Part shown: positions 40,807 through 52,165 of the stretch, piece after piece
Position numbering within the stretch: the first letter of the stretch is position 1
Layout: each line of letters starts with the position of its first letter
Source of the DNA: the human T2T-CHM13v2.0 reference genome, Homo sapiens
Reading direction: 5' to 3' (one strand)
Assembly: GCF_009914755.1 (NCBI RefSeq)
Contig: NC_060941.1
DNA length: 64,000 bases
Made by a program: the position numbers and the translations under genes
Notes under the pieces: model-generated
Databases searched by the model: none
Seen by the model: only the letters and a program-made list of their open reading frames with translations
Told to the model about the DNA's origin: nothing

Positions 40807-41273
40807 CCAGGCAAGTGCTTATTACATGGATAGTATTCATGTCTCGGTAACTAAAGTCTTGGAGCATGAACAGCCACTAGAATACAGTTCAATAGTAAAA
40901 ATACAGTATGTACAAAATTAGGGTTTTTGTAGTTTTTTTTTTTTTCCACACAGCAGATGTATCCAAACACATAAAAATCTCTACAGTCTGGGGTCGCTAC
41001 AGTTTATATTTCAGGAAACAGAGACACAGTGGCCGAGTCCTCACTGTAAACAAGGGCCACCTCTGGGGGTTGGGGGTGGGACCCTGGGATGGGGGGAGAA
41101 GCAGCTGTTTCTGGAGAGAGAAGGGGTCATGGTGGCCCCCCAGTTACCCTCCAGGCATTCCCTGCCTTCTTTGGCCCCCCAAGGAACCAACCTCCCCCTC
41201 TCCCCGAGGTAAGGACTCCCAGCCAGTGAGCCACTCTGAACATCAAAAGGTAAAACACGCATGAGAGGTAAGA

Positions 41274-41286
41274 TGTGTGCGTGTGC

Positions 41287-41326
<40 letters not shown>
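41274..41326. repeat. (GT)18 microsatellite with GTGC-interrupted edge in the MNT 3'UTR
   Basis: Pure (GT)18 at 41291-41326. Confidence 0.95.
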
Positions 41327-41329
<3 letters not shown>

Positions 41330-42931
41330 AGGCTGGAAGGGCTAGGGAGGGAGGGCCAGGCGGTCCCACAGGGTGAGGACAGATGTGGTCCCGACAGCAC
41401 TCTGGGGGAGACGCCCAAGGAAGGGCTGGGTGGTGACTGCCCACTTGGGCACACAGCATCACAGCGTTCACAAACGACAAGAAAAACAGCAACACCCATC
41501 GTCACCAATCTGGACATAGTCATTCGGCACTAGATTTGCAGGCCCCCGATGCTGGGGGACAGGGACGGGGAGGGGCAGCGGGTGGATGATGAGGTATCTG
41601 TGCAGGCCCGGGGGCCACTGGCCTCAGGATGCAGGGAGAGGTGGGCAGGCTGAGGGGAGGGGCGAGCTCCACGAGGCTGCTCTAACTGCCCCGTGGGTCA
41701 GGCCTGCCATCGCTGTCACAATGGGAATAGCAAAGCTGGCTCTCCCAGAGCCACGGGGTCTGGCGGAGGTGGCTGTGCTGGGGTGGGTACAGGGCTCAGC
41801 CTCTGAGGATGGTGACCTGGTTTGTAACTGTCCCTTTACCCACACCAGGAGAGAGAAATAAGGAACAGTCCCCTGGGAGGTGTCCAGGACCAGGAGGGAA
41901 CAGGAAGGGAATTTTTAGGCATCTAAGGATTCTTTATTTCCAGAGAAAATCTATTCAAGACCTTTGCTGACCTCCTCTGTGCCTGCAGGGCACTCCAGGA
42001 AATCCTCAGCTCTGTCCCCTCCCCCCGGCCCCCTCGCCGGCCCAGGCCCCTGCCCCAGCCCATCAGTGTGAGCTTCACATCCAGGGACACCGGCTTCCTC
42101 CCGCTACACTGAAAGGCCACTGGTGAGTGTGTGTCCAGGTGGGGAGCCGAGCGTGTCTGACACAAAGCCACTTGTAATAAACACCCACATACAAGGAAAG
42201 GCCAAAGCAGGCTGCCCAGAGGCAGAGAAAGCCGCATCCTAACACAGAGCCCCTGACTCCTCCCCCTTCCACGCTCAGCCCTGTCCTTGACCCAACCAAG
42301 GACCTCTTCTCAGAGAAAGGTGCTGCTGCTCTGCAGCTCCCCGGGCAGGGCCCACTCAAAAGCGTCCCCGGGAGAAGCAGGGTGTTGAGGGGATGGGAGG
42401 ACAGAGGCAAAGGGGCTGGAGCAGAAGCAGCAGCCCTAGCTCTGGCCCTCTGTTCTGTATAGGTCCCAGGGTTGGTCTGGGGACAGGCTTAGGGCTTGGC
42501 TAAGCCGCTGGGTTTTTACCTTCCTGATGTCTCAACGATGTGGCTTCTATGCTCCTGGAAACAAGACCAGATGCTGGTCCATGTCTCCCAAACTGCAGGA
42601 GGCACCCAAACCCACAGGCCGCCAGGCCCACCTGTCCCTTGGAGCAGTGCCCAGCACTCAGCAGAGGTCAGAGATCAGGGGCTGAACGCAGGACAGCGCC
42701 CCTCTTTGCTGCCTTCTGGAAGCCAAGAGCCAAGCCCAGGGCTGGGGACTGGGGACTGGGGACAGGGGCCCAGTGGCTCTCCTCCCATCCAGACCCAGGC
42801 TGCAGGGGACGGGGAAGGGGAAGGACAGCCAAGTCCCTCCTTCCCCACCTCAGCCTGCCCTCCTGAGGTCCAGAGCCCAGTGGCAGGGATTGGGGTGAGG
42901 GCACAGGAAGCTTGGCAGTGGCTGGGTTTGG

Positions 42932-42937
42932 TTTATT
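42932..42937 (-). terminator. MNT: Candidate proximal MNT poly(A) signal
   Basis: TTTATT on + within an AT-rich patch of the otherwise GC-rich 3'UTR; another at 41933-41938. Confidence 0.45.
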
Positions 42938-43599
42938 GTTGGTAGAGAATCATTTTAAGTAGTATCTACGGTAACGAATCACAGTGACTGCAACCGGGTC
43001 AGAGAGCCCCAGGCTGAGGCCCCACCTGTCCGGGTGGGACTCCAGACCAGCCACTTCCTATGATCTGTCACCTGTGCTCAGAGCAAGGCCCCTTATCACC
43101 CCAATCCGCAGCTTTCTGGGCCAAGTGGCTTCAGTTCTGCTTTCCCCATTTCCCCTCCAAAGGCCTGGGAAGAGAACATGAGGCTCCGGAGGAAAGCCGG
43201 GGGCCTGGGCCACCTCACCAGACAGCAATAGCAGCAGCAGCACACGAAGGCGGGGCAGGGCGGGGGAGAAGTCAGGGAGCGTGACGTCCACATCGCACTG
43301 ATTTCCGAGGGTAGGGAGGGGAAGCAGGAGCGGCACTGGAGCTGGCACTGGGCCGGACAGGTGGCACATTCCATCAGAGTCTCGCATTTTCTCAGAGTCA
43401 TCTTACCAAGTCCTAGTGCAGCAGGGTGGCCCTTCCCTCCCTTGGCTCAGAGTCTTTGCACCCCCTTCCCCTAGGAGGCCTGGGGGTGGGTGGGGGGGCT
43501 GGCCTGGGCCTGGCTGGAATGTGTGGAGCTGGTGGGTGAGAGAGTGGGGGACAGGTCCCCCTCCCTGTCCCCACTGGGGGCCTCTGAGTGGCCTCGTCC

Positions 43600-44348
43600 T
43601 CAAGCCAGCTTGAGTGTGCTGACTGGGAAGGAGGGCATGGTGACCATGGTCACAGGGTTGAGCACGGTCTGGCCCACCAGCTGGGGGTGGTGCACCACCT
43701 GAGCCCCCACGGCCGGCTTTGCCATGACAGTAGCCGGGGGCCCCAGGCCGGCCGTGCCGTTGACTTGCTGGTGCGAGAGGGTGTGGGCGATGTGGCTCAC
43801 TGCCACGGGCTGCGGGTACAAGGGCAGCTGGGAGCCCAGGTGGGCCACATGGTTGAGGGTGGCAGGGTGCACAGTGATGTGCCCAATGGGGGGTGTGGCA
43901 GGCGCCAGTTGCACCGCAGGGCTGGGGGCCGAGGGGGCGATGTGGGCGATGTGCTTGCCGCCTGGCCCCTGCAGAACGTGGTTCACAGTCTGGATGACTG
44001 AAGCGTGAGTGGTGGCTGTGTGGGCGATGACCGTGGAGCCACCCCCAGCCGTCGCCACCAGATGGGCTGGAGCTGGCACCAGTGTCTGGGCAGGGGCAGC
44101 CGGTGGGGGAGGAGGGGCTGGCAGAGGGGTCTTCTGCTGTGGCTGCTGCTGCTGCACGGGGAGGTGGGCAGGAGGTAGGGCCACGGAGTGGGGGTGAGGG
44201 TGTGGGTGTGGAGGCAGAGGCGCAGGGGTGGTGCTGGGGGGTGGCAGGGTGGACTTCAGCAGCTCCGGCTGGGGACGATGGCTCAGCTTAGGTGGGCCCA
44301 GGCCCGCCCGGTCCTCCTCCATATCCTCGTCTATGTTGTCCTCACCCT
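43600..44348 (-). CDS. MNT: MNT exon 6 coding part (...PSFPVSTLKLA*)
   Basis: ccacag|AGGGT; TGA at 43602-43600; 749 nt. Confidence 0.96.
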
Positions 44349-44555
44349 CTGTGGGGAACATGGGGCAGGGAGCAGGTCAGAAGGGCGGGGAAGCAAGTGG
44401 CTGGAGGCGTAGATGCTCGTGGGGGCGTGGGAATGTGATGGGGCTGGGGCCAGGGCCATCTTTTCTAGCAGGCAAGAAAGAGCCTGGCCAGGGAGGCTGG
44501 AATTTGAGGTGTAACATCTGAGGGCTGGGGGGCCAGCGTGGGGGCTGGGGCTCAC

Positions 44556-44748
44556 CAGAGGCGGTGGAGGTGGAGGCCTGGTCATCCTCGGGCTGGCCCG
44601 TCTGCCGCAGCACGCGGTCAATCTCCAGTACGTCCATCCACTGGCTCAGCTCGTGCTTGAGCTCTGCCAGCCGCTGCTGCGTGGCAATCTTCTCACGTGC
44701 CAGCCGCTCCATTTCATGCTCATATTCCTTCTCCTTCCTCTTCAGGGA
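44556..44748 (-). CDS. MNT: MNT exon 5 (leucine zipper SLKRKEKEYEHEMERLAREKIATQQRLAELKHEL...)
   Basis: tgccag|TCCCTG ... CTCTG|gtgagc; 193 nt. Confidence 0.96.
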
Positions 44749-45741
44749 CTGGCACACAGAGTAAGGGACAGCAGGACACCCTGAGCAGCAGCCTTGGGGC
44801 CCAAAGCCCCCACAAACCTCTCCCTATCAGCTGGCCCACAGAGGCAAGTCCGTGGCAACCAGCGGGCCCAGCCTGACGGGGGCTGCTGGAGACCGCACCT
44901 GTTGTGGTCCATGCCCCTGCCCAGTGAGGCCCAGCGTCCCAAGGAGTGTGGGCTCTTGGGACAGGCACCACTGAAGCAAGCTCAACCAGGTGTGCAGGTC
45001 CTTCCCTGTCCTCCACAATTCATCCTCAGGGGCTTCTCCGCCTCTCGCCCCATCCCTCCTCCAGCAGCCTCTTCACTTTGCACACTTCTGCCGCGAGCTA
45101 CCCTCTAAGGAACCTGATCCTGCGCTTCCACCTCACCGTTCACTTGTCTCCCTGGTAACATCAACATCCTTGCACGATGAGCCACTAGGCAGTGACACGC
45201 CCTCGCCCCATCTCATCTCCAGGACTCGCCTCCCTCCTGGCTGCTGGTCTGCACCTGCTCCCCGACCCCCTAGGCGACTCTCCACTGTGCCCGCCTGTGA
45301 CGCTTCTCGACGAGGCTCCATTTACATGCTGCTCCCCATCACCCTGCCCACTCCCCTCCAGACTCCCTGGGCTGAACAACCCCCAAGCCTAGGAACGTGC
45401 CCCCTGTACTTGGGCTAAACCGATCCATGAGAAATGGCTGTTGCGTCCCATGACCCAGCTCCCCTCCACACTCAGTCTTTCCCGTGCTCCAACCCGACAC
45501 TTCATCAATCCCACCCTTTCAAGTCTCACAGACCTCCCTGCTGGCAGCTTTTCGCCCAGGCACGTCATGACCAATGTGTCCACCAGGCAACGCCGACACG
45601 TGTCCTTGCTGCCTCCCGAGTCCCTTTCTTGGCCTGCTCTCGAGCTCCTAGCTTCCCAGGCTTACTGGTCATGTCCAGGTGCAGGGCCCGCAGGCTTTTC
45701 ACACACACAACTCACCAGCCCGCCTTGGTTTTCCTCTCTGA

Positions 45742-46662
<921 letters not shown>

Positions 46663-47043
46663 GCGGGAGGGTGAAGAAAAGAGCCCCATCTGCCTGGGCA
46701 GTAAATACGAGGCTGAAAGATAGGACTTCATCAGGAACCGGCTCATACAAAGTCTCTCACATACATGTTTTGTCTTTCCGCCTCAACACACACTGTCCCT
46801 GTCCGAGCTGTGAATGAAAGTGAGGATGGCTGCATAGTCCGTTTAGATCCCAGAGCCCACAGGCGGCCAGGAAGAGCTACGCGCAGGGTGCTTACTCAGC
46901 CCCAGGGGAAGGACCTGGAAGAGTGCTGTCCCGACTCCTGGTGACCATGTTCCTTCCCACCTCTGTCCTGTCTCTTCCCTGCATCGCAGGGAGAATCACA
47001 GTAACCCATTAGACCCAGGTTTCCCTTCTTTCATCCCCTAGGG

Positions 47044-47355
47044 CGGGGGACCCCAAACCCCAGGTACTGGTCCGTGGCCTGTCAGGAACAGGGCCGCATG
47101 CAGGAAGTGAGCAGCGATGGCGCTCTGATCCTGTCACATCAGTGGGACATTTGGTTCTCACAGAAGCAGAAGCCCTCCTGTGAACTGTGCACACCAGGAG
47201 TGTAGGTTTTGTGTGCTCCTTAGGAGAGTTTGACTAATGCCTGATGATGGGAGATGGAACACTTCCATCCCGAAACCAGCCCCGCCCTCCCTCTCCATGG
47301 AAAAATGGTCTTCCAGGAAAATACTCCCTGTTGCCAAAAAGGTTGGGGATCGCTG
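47044..47355 (+). mobile_element. MER1B-like hAT-Charlie DNA transposon
   Basis: Termini CGGGGGACCCCAAAC...AAAAAGGTTGGGGATCGCTG; degenerate 8-bp TSD CCCTAGGG/CACTAGGA. Confidence 0.85.
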
Positions 47356-47529
47356 CACTAGGAGCAGTTTTGCTGTTTTGTAGCAGCTTTTCCTGACCAG
47401 GCCTGGCAAAGTCTCCAACCCCACCCACCAGTGAGGCCAGCTTCCCACACCCCCTCCTGCATACATTTCTGCCCTCACCAGTGACAGATGTCTCTAACCA
47501 TTAGTGCCGGCAACACATAACCCAGGTAG

Positions 47530-48036
<507 letters not shown>

Positions 48037-48501
48037 TGAGTCAGCTCTCACTTGAACCTTGCTGCTGGGGGCTGGAAGCAGCAGTCCTGAACTCAACCCA
48101 CCTGTGGGTAGGATATAGTTCTGGGCCAGGGAGTGACATGGGTCAAAAGCTTCTTCTTCTCACCTAGTCCAGTTCTTCACAGGCCTACAGACCCCTGCAA
48201 GGTTTCCCCAGGGTCTAACTTTAACCCACATTGCTTCAATCTAAACCCATTTCCTTTCTGTGACTACCTGGATGCACGGTTTGGTACCTATTTTTCTTGT
48301 CTCTGTCCACTTTACTGTGGCTGTCTTCAAACCTTTGACCACCTCCAAGCCACTCCGTATTCTGGCTGGGGACCACTGCCTTCTTCCTGCAGCTTCCTGC
48401 TCTCAGCAAACAACCAAAGCTCCCAGTCTACACAGCCCCACTGGTCTCTCCAGGACCAGCTCTTGATTCTGCCTGTCTCTGAGTGACAGCCTCCTGACCA
48501 T

Positions 48502-48638
48502 GTTTGTGTTTGTTCTTAGAGACGGAGGTCGCACTCTGTGGCCCAGGCTGTCCTCGAACTCCCTGGGCTCAAGCGCTCTTACTGCCTTGGCCTCCCGAGT
48601 AGCGTAGCTGGGACTCAGGTGCAAGCCACCGTGCCTCA
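48502..48638 (-). mobile_element. Alu monomer (FLAM-like)
   Basis: Single reverse arm. Confidence 0.75.
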
Positions 48639-49319
48639 CTTTTATTTCCAAAAAGCATCCTGTTCCCTCCTGCTGGAGAAACTGGGCTGCCCCTGGGCTC
48701 TTGGCCTCCACTTTGCTCCGTGCCACCCAGACTTATCCTGCAGGTCTCAGCTCAAAGGTCCTTTCCTCAGGAACAGCTATCCTCCCTCCCCAGAACAGAT
48801 CCCGCCGCCCGGTCCCTATTATGCCCATACGGCCGCCTTCTGTAGAATGACTTGTTCGTCATCTGCCACAAGACCCAGGCTTTTTTACTTGCTCGCCACC
48901 ATTCGCCCAGAAGCAGAGACTTCGCTAAAAGCACCTCAATGAATAAATGAATAAATGGTTTGTAGACAGGCCTTTGAGGTTCCTGCTTCTGTGACCAGCA
49001 CCAGAATGGGTGTCCCTTCTGCACAGCCTGAGTGAGGACCACCCCGGCTCCTACTTCACCGGGCCCAGCTCCTCAAGAGCTTCCTTCTGCGGCTGCTGCT
49101 GAGTCTTCTTCCGATTCATTTCCAAACCCACACGTTACGCAAGGCGCCCTCTGCAAGTAGTATCTGCAAAGAGGAACTCGCCATGCCGTCCTTCCTATTT
49201 CTCAAAAATAATAGCTAAGCAAATGTCGGGAGTGCAGCGAAGTGTCTGCATGAACACCCTCAGCCAGCCCTGCGACTAAACTACAACCAAGCCCAGGTTC
49301 TGCAAAACGATTCCAGAAA

Positions 49320-50970
49320 TAAGCCACCGGCCTGCCGCAGCCTCCGGAGCCCTCTCCCGCTCGGCGCCCCGAGGCCCCACCCCGAAGCACGCGCGCACCC
49401 ACGCGGCCGCGGCTTCCCTGCGTCACCCTCGCCGGCTGCACCGCCCTCCGCGACTCGAGAGCACCGCCCCCGCCCGCTGCAGCCAATCCGCGAGCCCGGC
49501 CCCGCCCCTCCCGGCTGCCCGGAAGCGGCCTGGAGGCGCGCCAGCCCCGCCCCCTGGCCGGGAGGGCGGGCGGAAGGGCGCGTTGGCGGGAGGCTGGGAG
49601 AGAGCTGCCCCCCTGGAGCAGTCGCGAAGCAGCGCCTCAGCCCCTCCCTCAGCAAGTCAGGCTCCGGTTACCTCAGGGCTGTGACCCCGCGGTCGAGGCC
49701 GGGGGAGGGGCGGCGCCCAGCGGCTGGCTCCTCGCGCGCTGGACCCTCCTCGCCACCCCTCCCACGGGGCCCGTGACGCCGCGCCGCCCCCGGAGCTTCC
49801 TCAGAGGATGGACAGGGAGAGTCCCGGCTCGCCGCCCACCCCCCCCAACGCGGGCTGGGAGCCCCACGTCCCTCCATCCCCTACGGCTCCGCGTCTCCGC
49901 GGCTGCCGGCCCATCCCCCACAGCCTCCGGCCCGGCGCGCGGAAGCCCCGCCGGTTTCCAGGGAAACCGAAGCTCAGGCCGCCATGGCAACCGCCTGACG
50001 TGGCGGCGCCCCCGGCCCGAGCACTGCAGAGGGAGCGACGCCCAAAGGGAGGGGACGCGCAGCCGGGAGGGCCCCGAAAAAAGAGACACCCCCTCTTCCT
50101 AGCCCAGGAGGAAGGAAAGCGTGACGTGTTTCAGGCTCGGCGGCCCCGGGGCTGTTTGCCGCCCAGTCAAATCGGAGTTTTCCCCGCCCCAGGCGTAACC
50201 CCACACTCGGGCCGTGGCGCCTCCACGCGCGCTCCGAAAAGACCTTCCTCCTTTGGGGTAAACGGGGCTCGGCCCGCGCCGCAGCGTGGACGGGGACCAC
50301 GCCCAACCCTCCCTGCAGATAGCTACAGACATTCGGGCGGAATCTGGGCTCCCGCCCAGGCTCTGCGGCCGGGGAGGAGGCGCCGGGCCGCCCCATGCCC
50401 TTCCCTCCCGCGGCTGCACCAACACGCGCGAACGGGAGCCGCCATCGGGACTCGCACCAGGCGTCACGGCGCGCGCCTCACGGCCCCGGGGACGCCGAGG
50501 CTGCAGGGGCTCGGGAGCGGCGCGGGAGGGGAGCCGCGCCCTCCTCTGCGCACGCGCGCCCTCCCGGGCAGGGAGCCCCGCTGACGTCAGCCGGGCCATG
50601 TGCTCAGCGCCCGCGTGGAGGTGGGAGGGAGGCGCGGGGGAGCCGCCGGGGCGTGAGGGCGGGGCGGGGCGCGGCCGGGGGAGGGGCGGCGGAGGGAGGG
50701 CGGGGGAAGCTGCGCGACGCCGGCCTCCGGGCCCCATACCTGGATGTACCGCAGCGCCGTCCGCAGCACGCTCAGATTGGACGTCTTCTTGTCATCCACG
50801 TTGGGGATGTTCCGCTTCAGGGTCTCAAAGCACTCTTTCAGATGGGCCCTCCTGAAGAGAGGGGCGAGCGCCGGTCAGCGGTGCCTGGGGCGGGGCTGGG
50901 ACGGGGGGAGGCAGGACCGGGGAAGCTGGGGCCGAGGGCCGCCGGGGCCCGGGTCGCGCGCGCACGCACG

Positions 50971-50980
<10 letters not shown>
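49320..50980. promoter_or_regulatory. Intragenic CpG island over MNT intron 3/exon 4/intron 4
   Basis: Dense CpG; CCAAT 49483; GC boxes; full CRE TGACGTCA 50582-50589; TGACGTGG 49996-50003. Confidence 0.85.
50740..50851 (-). CDS. MNT: MNT exon 4 (HLH: RAHLKECFETLKRNIPNVDDKKTSNLSVLRTALRYIQ)
   Basis: cttcag|GAGGG ... ATCCAG|gtatgg; 112 nt. Confidence 0.96.

Positions 50981-51015
<35 letters not shown>
50955..51015. repeat. (CG/CA) alternating tract plus (CA)18 at the MNT exon 3 donor
   Basis: (CA)18 at 50979-51014. Confidence 0.95.
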
Positions 51016-51017
<2 letters not shown>

Positions 51018-51057
51018 GTTCTTCTCCAATTTGTTGTGGACTTCTCTGGTTCCGATC
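51016..51057 (-). CDS. MNT: MNT exon 3 (basic region IGTREVHNKLEKNR)
   Basis: tttcag|GATCGG ... AACAG|gtgtgt; 42 nt. Confidence 0.96.
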
Positions 51058-51585
51058 CTGAAACCCAGACAGATAGGAGGCTCAGGGAGGAGGACTCGAT
51101 TAGACGGCCTTCCTGACCAGCGCCGCCACCCGCAAAATTGCCACAGGCTGTTTGTCCCCAACACTGTCTTAAAGCAGACTGGGAGACGTTCGCCCTGTGC
51201 CATGCTGCGCCCACCCCCTGGAGGACACATCTGTGCTCATAATCACAACTCCTGTCACCCTCCGTCCCACCAGGAGGGAGACAGGAGGACTCCTGGGACT
51301 CAGAGGCAGCCGGTTGACCCCAGCCCTCACCCAAGAGGCCCATACTCTGTCCAGAGGCCTGGGAATGCCATAAGCCTCAGCCTTGGACTGCGTTAGGAAA
51401 CACAGAAGCCTGGGAACGGGGGGCAATGGGACATTCCTTCCCAGGATAGACATGGGCACAGTGATGACGTGTTCAAATACAGGGGGCACTTCTAAGCTGG
51501 GGAGGGCACCTTGTCTTGCACACAGCCCGGGGGATGGGCACCTCTCCTATCCCCCACCAGCCCGACCCCGCCACACCCCACTCAC

Positions 51586-52165
51586 CCCCCGGGCCTCTTC
51601 TTCTGTTCACTGGATTTGACTTCTTCAGCTGGTGCCAACTTCAGGGTCCCCAGCGTGGGTGGGGGCGGCTGCTGGGGGGCCAGCTGAGGCTGGACTCCAG
51701 GGTGTGGCGCTATGGTCAGGACAGGCGTGGGGAGGGGCTGCAAAGGCTTGGGGCTGCCATTGGGTGGAATGGTGGCCTTCGAGTCCGGCAGTAGGGGAGC
51801 AGGGGTGGGCACCTGCGGCCTGCTGGGCAGGGGGGCAGGCTCCTTAATGCTGAGTCCGGGGGCGCCAACCAGGGCCGGCTGACGAGGCGCCAGGGGCAGA
51901 GGCTGGGCTGCCGCGGGCAAGGGTGGGGGTGGGGGTAGAGGCTGAGGGGAGTTGGTCACCACAGGGATAGGGATGACAGTCAGTGGGGCAGGGGTGGCAA
52001 GTGGTGGTGGGGGTGCCGGCGGGGGAGCCGGTGGAGACAGAGGCAGGGGTGGCGCCTCCATGCGGGGTTCCTCCACAGGAAGGGTATGTGCCAGCCTGGC
52101 CAGGCTATTGGCCTTCTTCTGTTCCTGCTCTCGCTCCTGCTCCAAGCGAAGCCGCTCCTGCTCCT
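51586..52165 (-). CDS. MNT: MNT exon 2 (EQERLRLEQ..., proline-rich, ...KKRPG)
   Basis: gtgtag|AGGAG ... GGGGG|gtgagt; 580 nt. Confidence 0.96.

Noticed and set aside
49978-49998. Perfect Kozak GCCGCCATGG, with GCCATGG also on the opposite strand
   Set aside because: Gives only MATA* (+) and MAA* (-); better explained as an X-box/YY1-like motif.
49773-51396. Long overlapping ORFs in the intragenic CpG island
   Set aside because: Same GC-content artefact; only the MNT exon 3 and 4 frames have splice and homology support.
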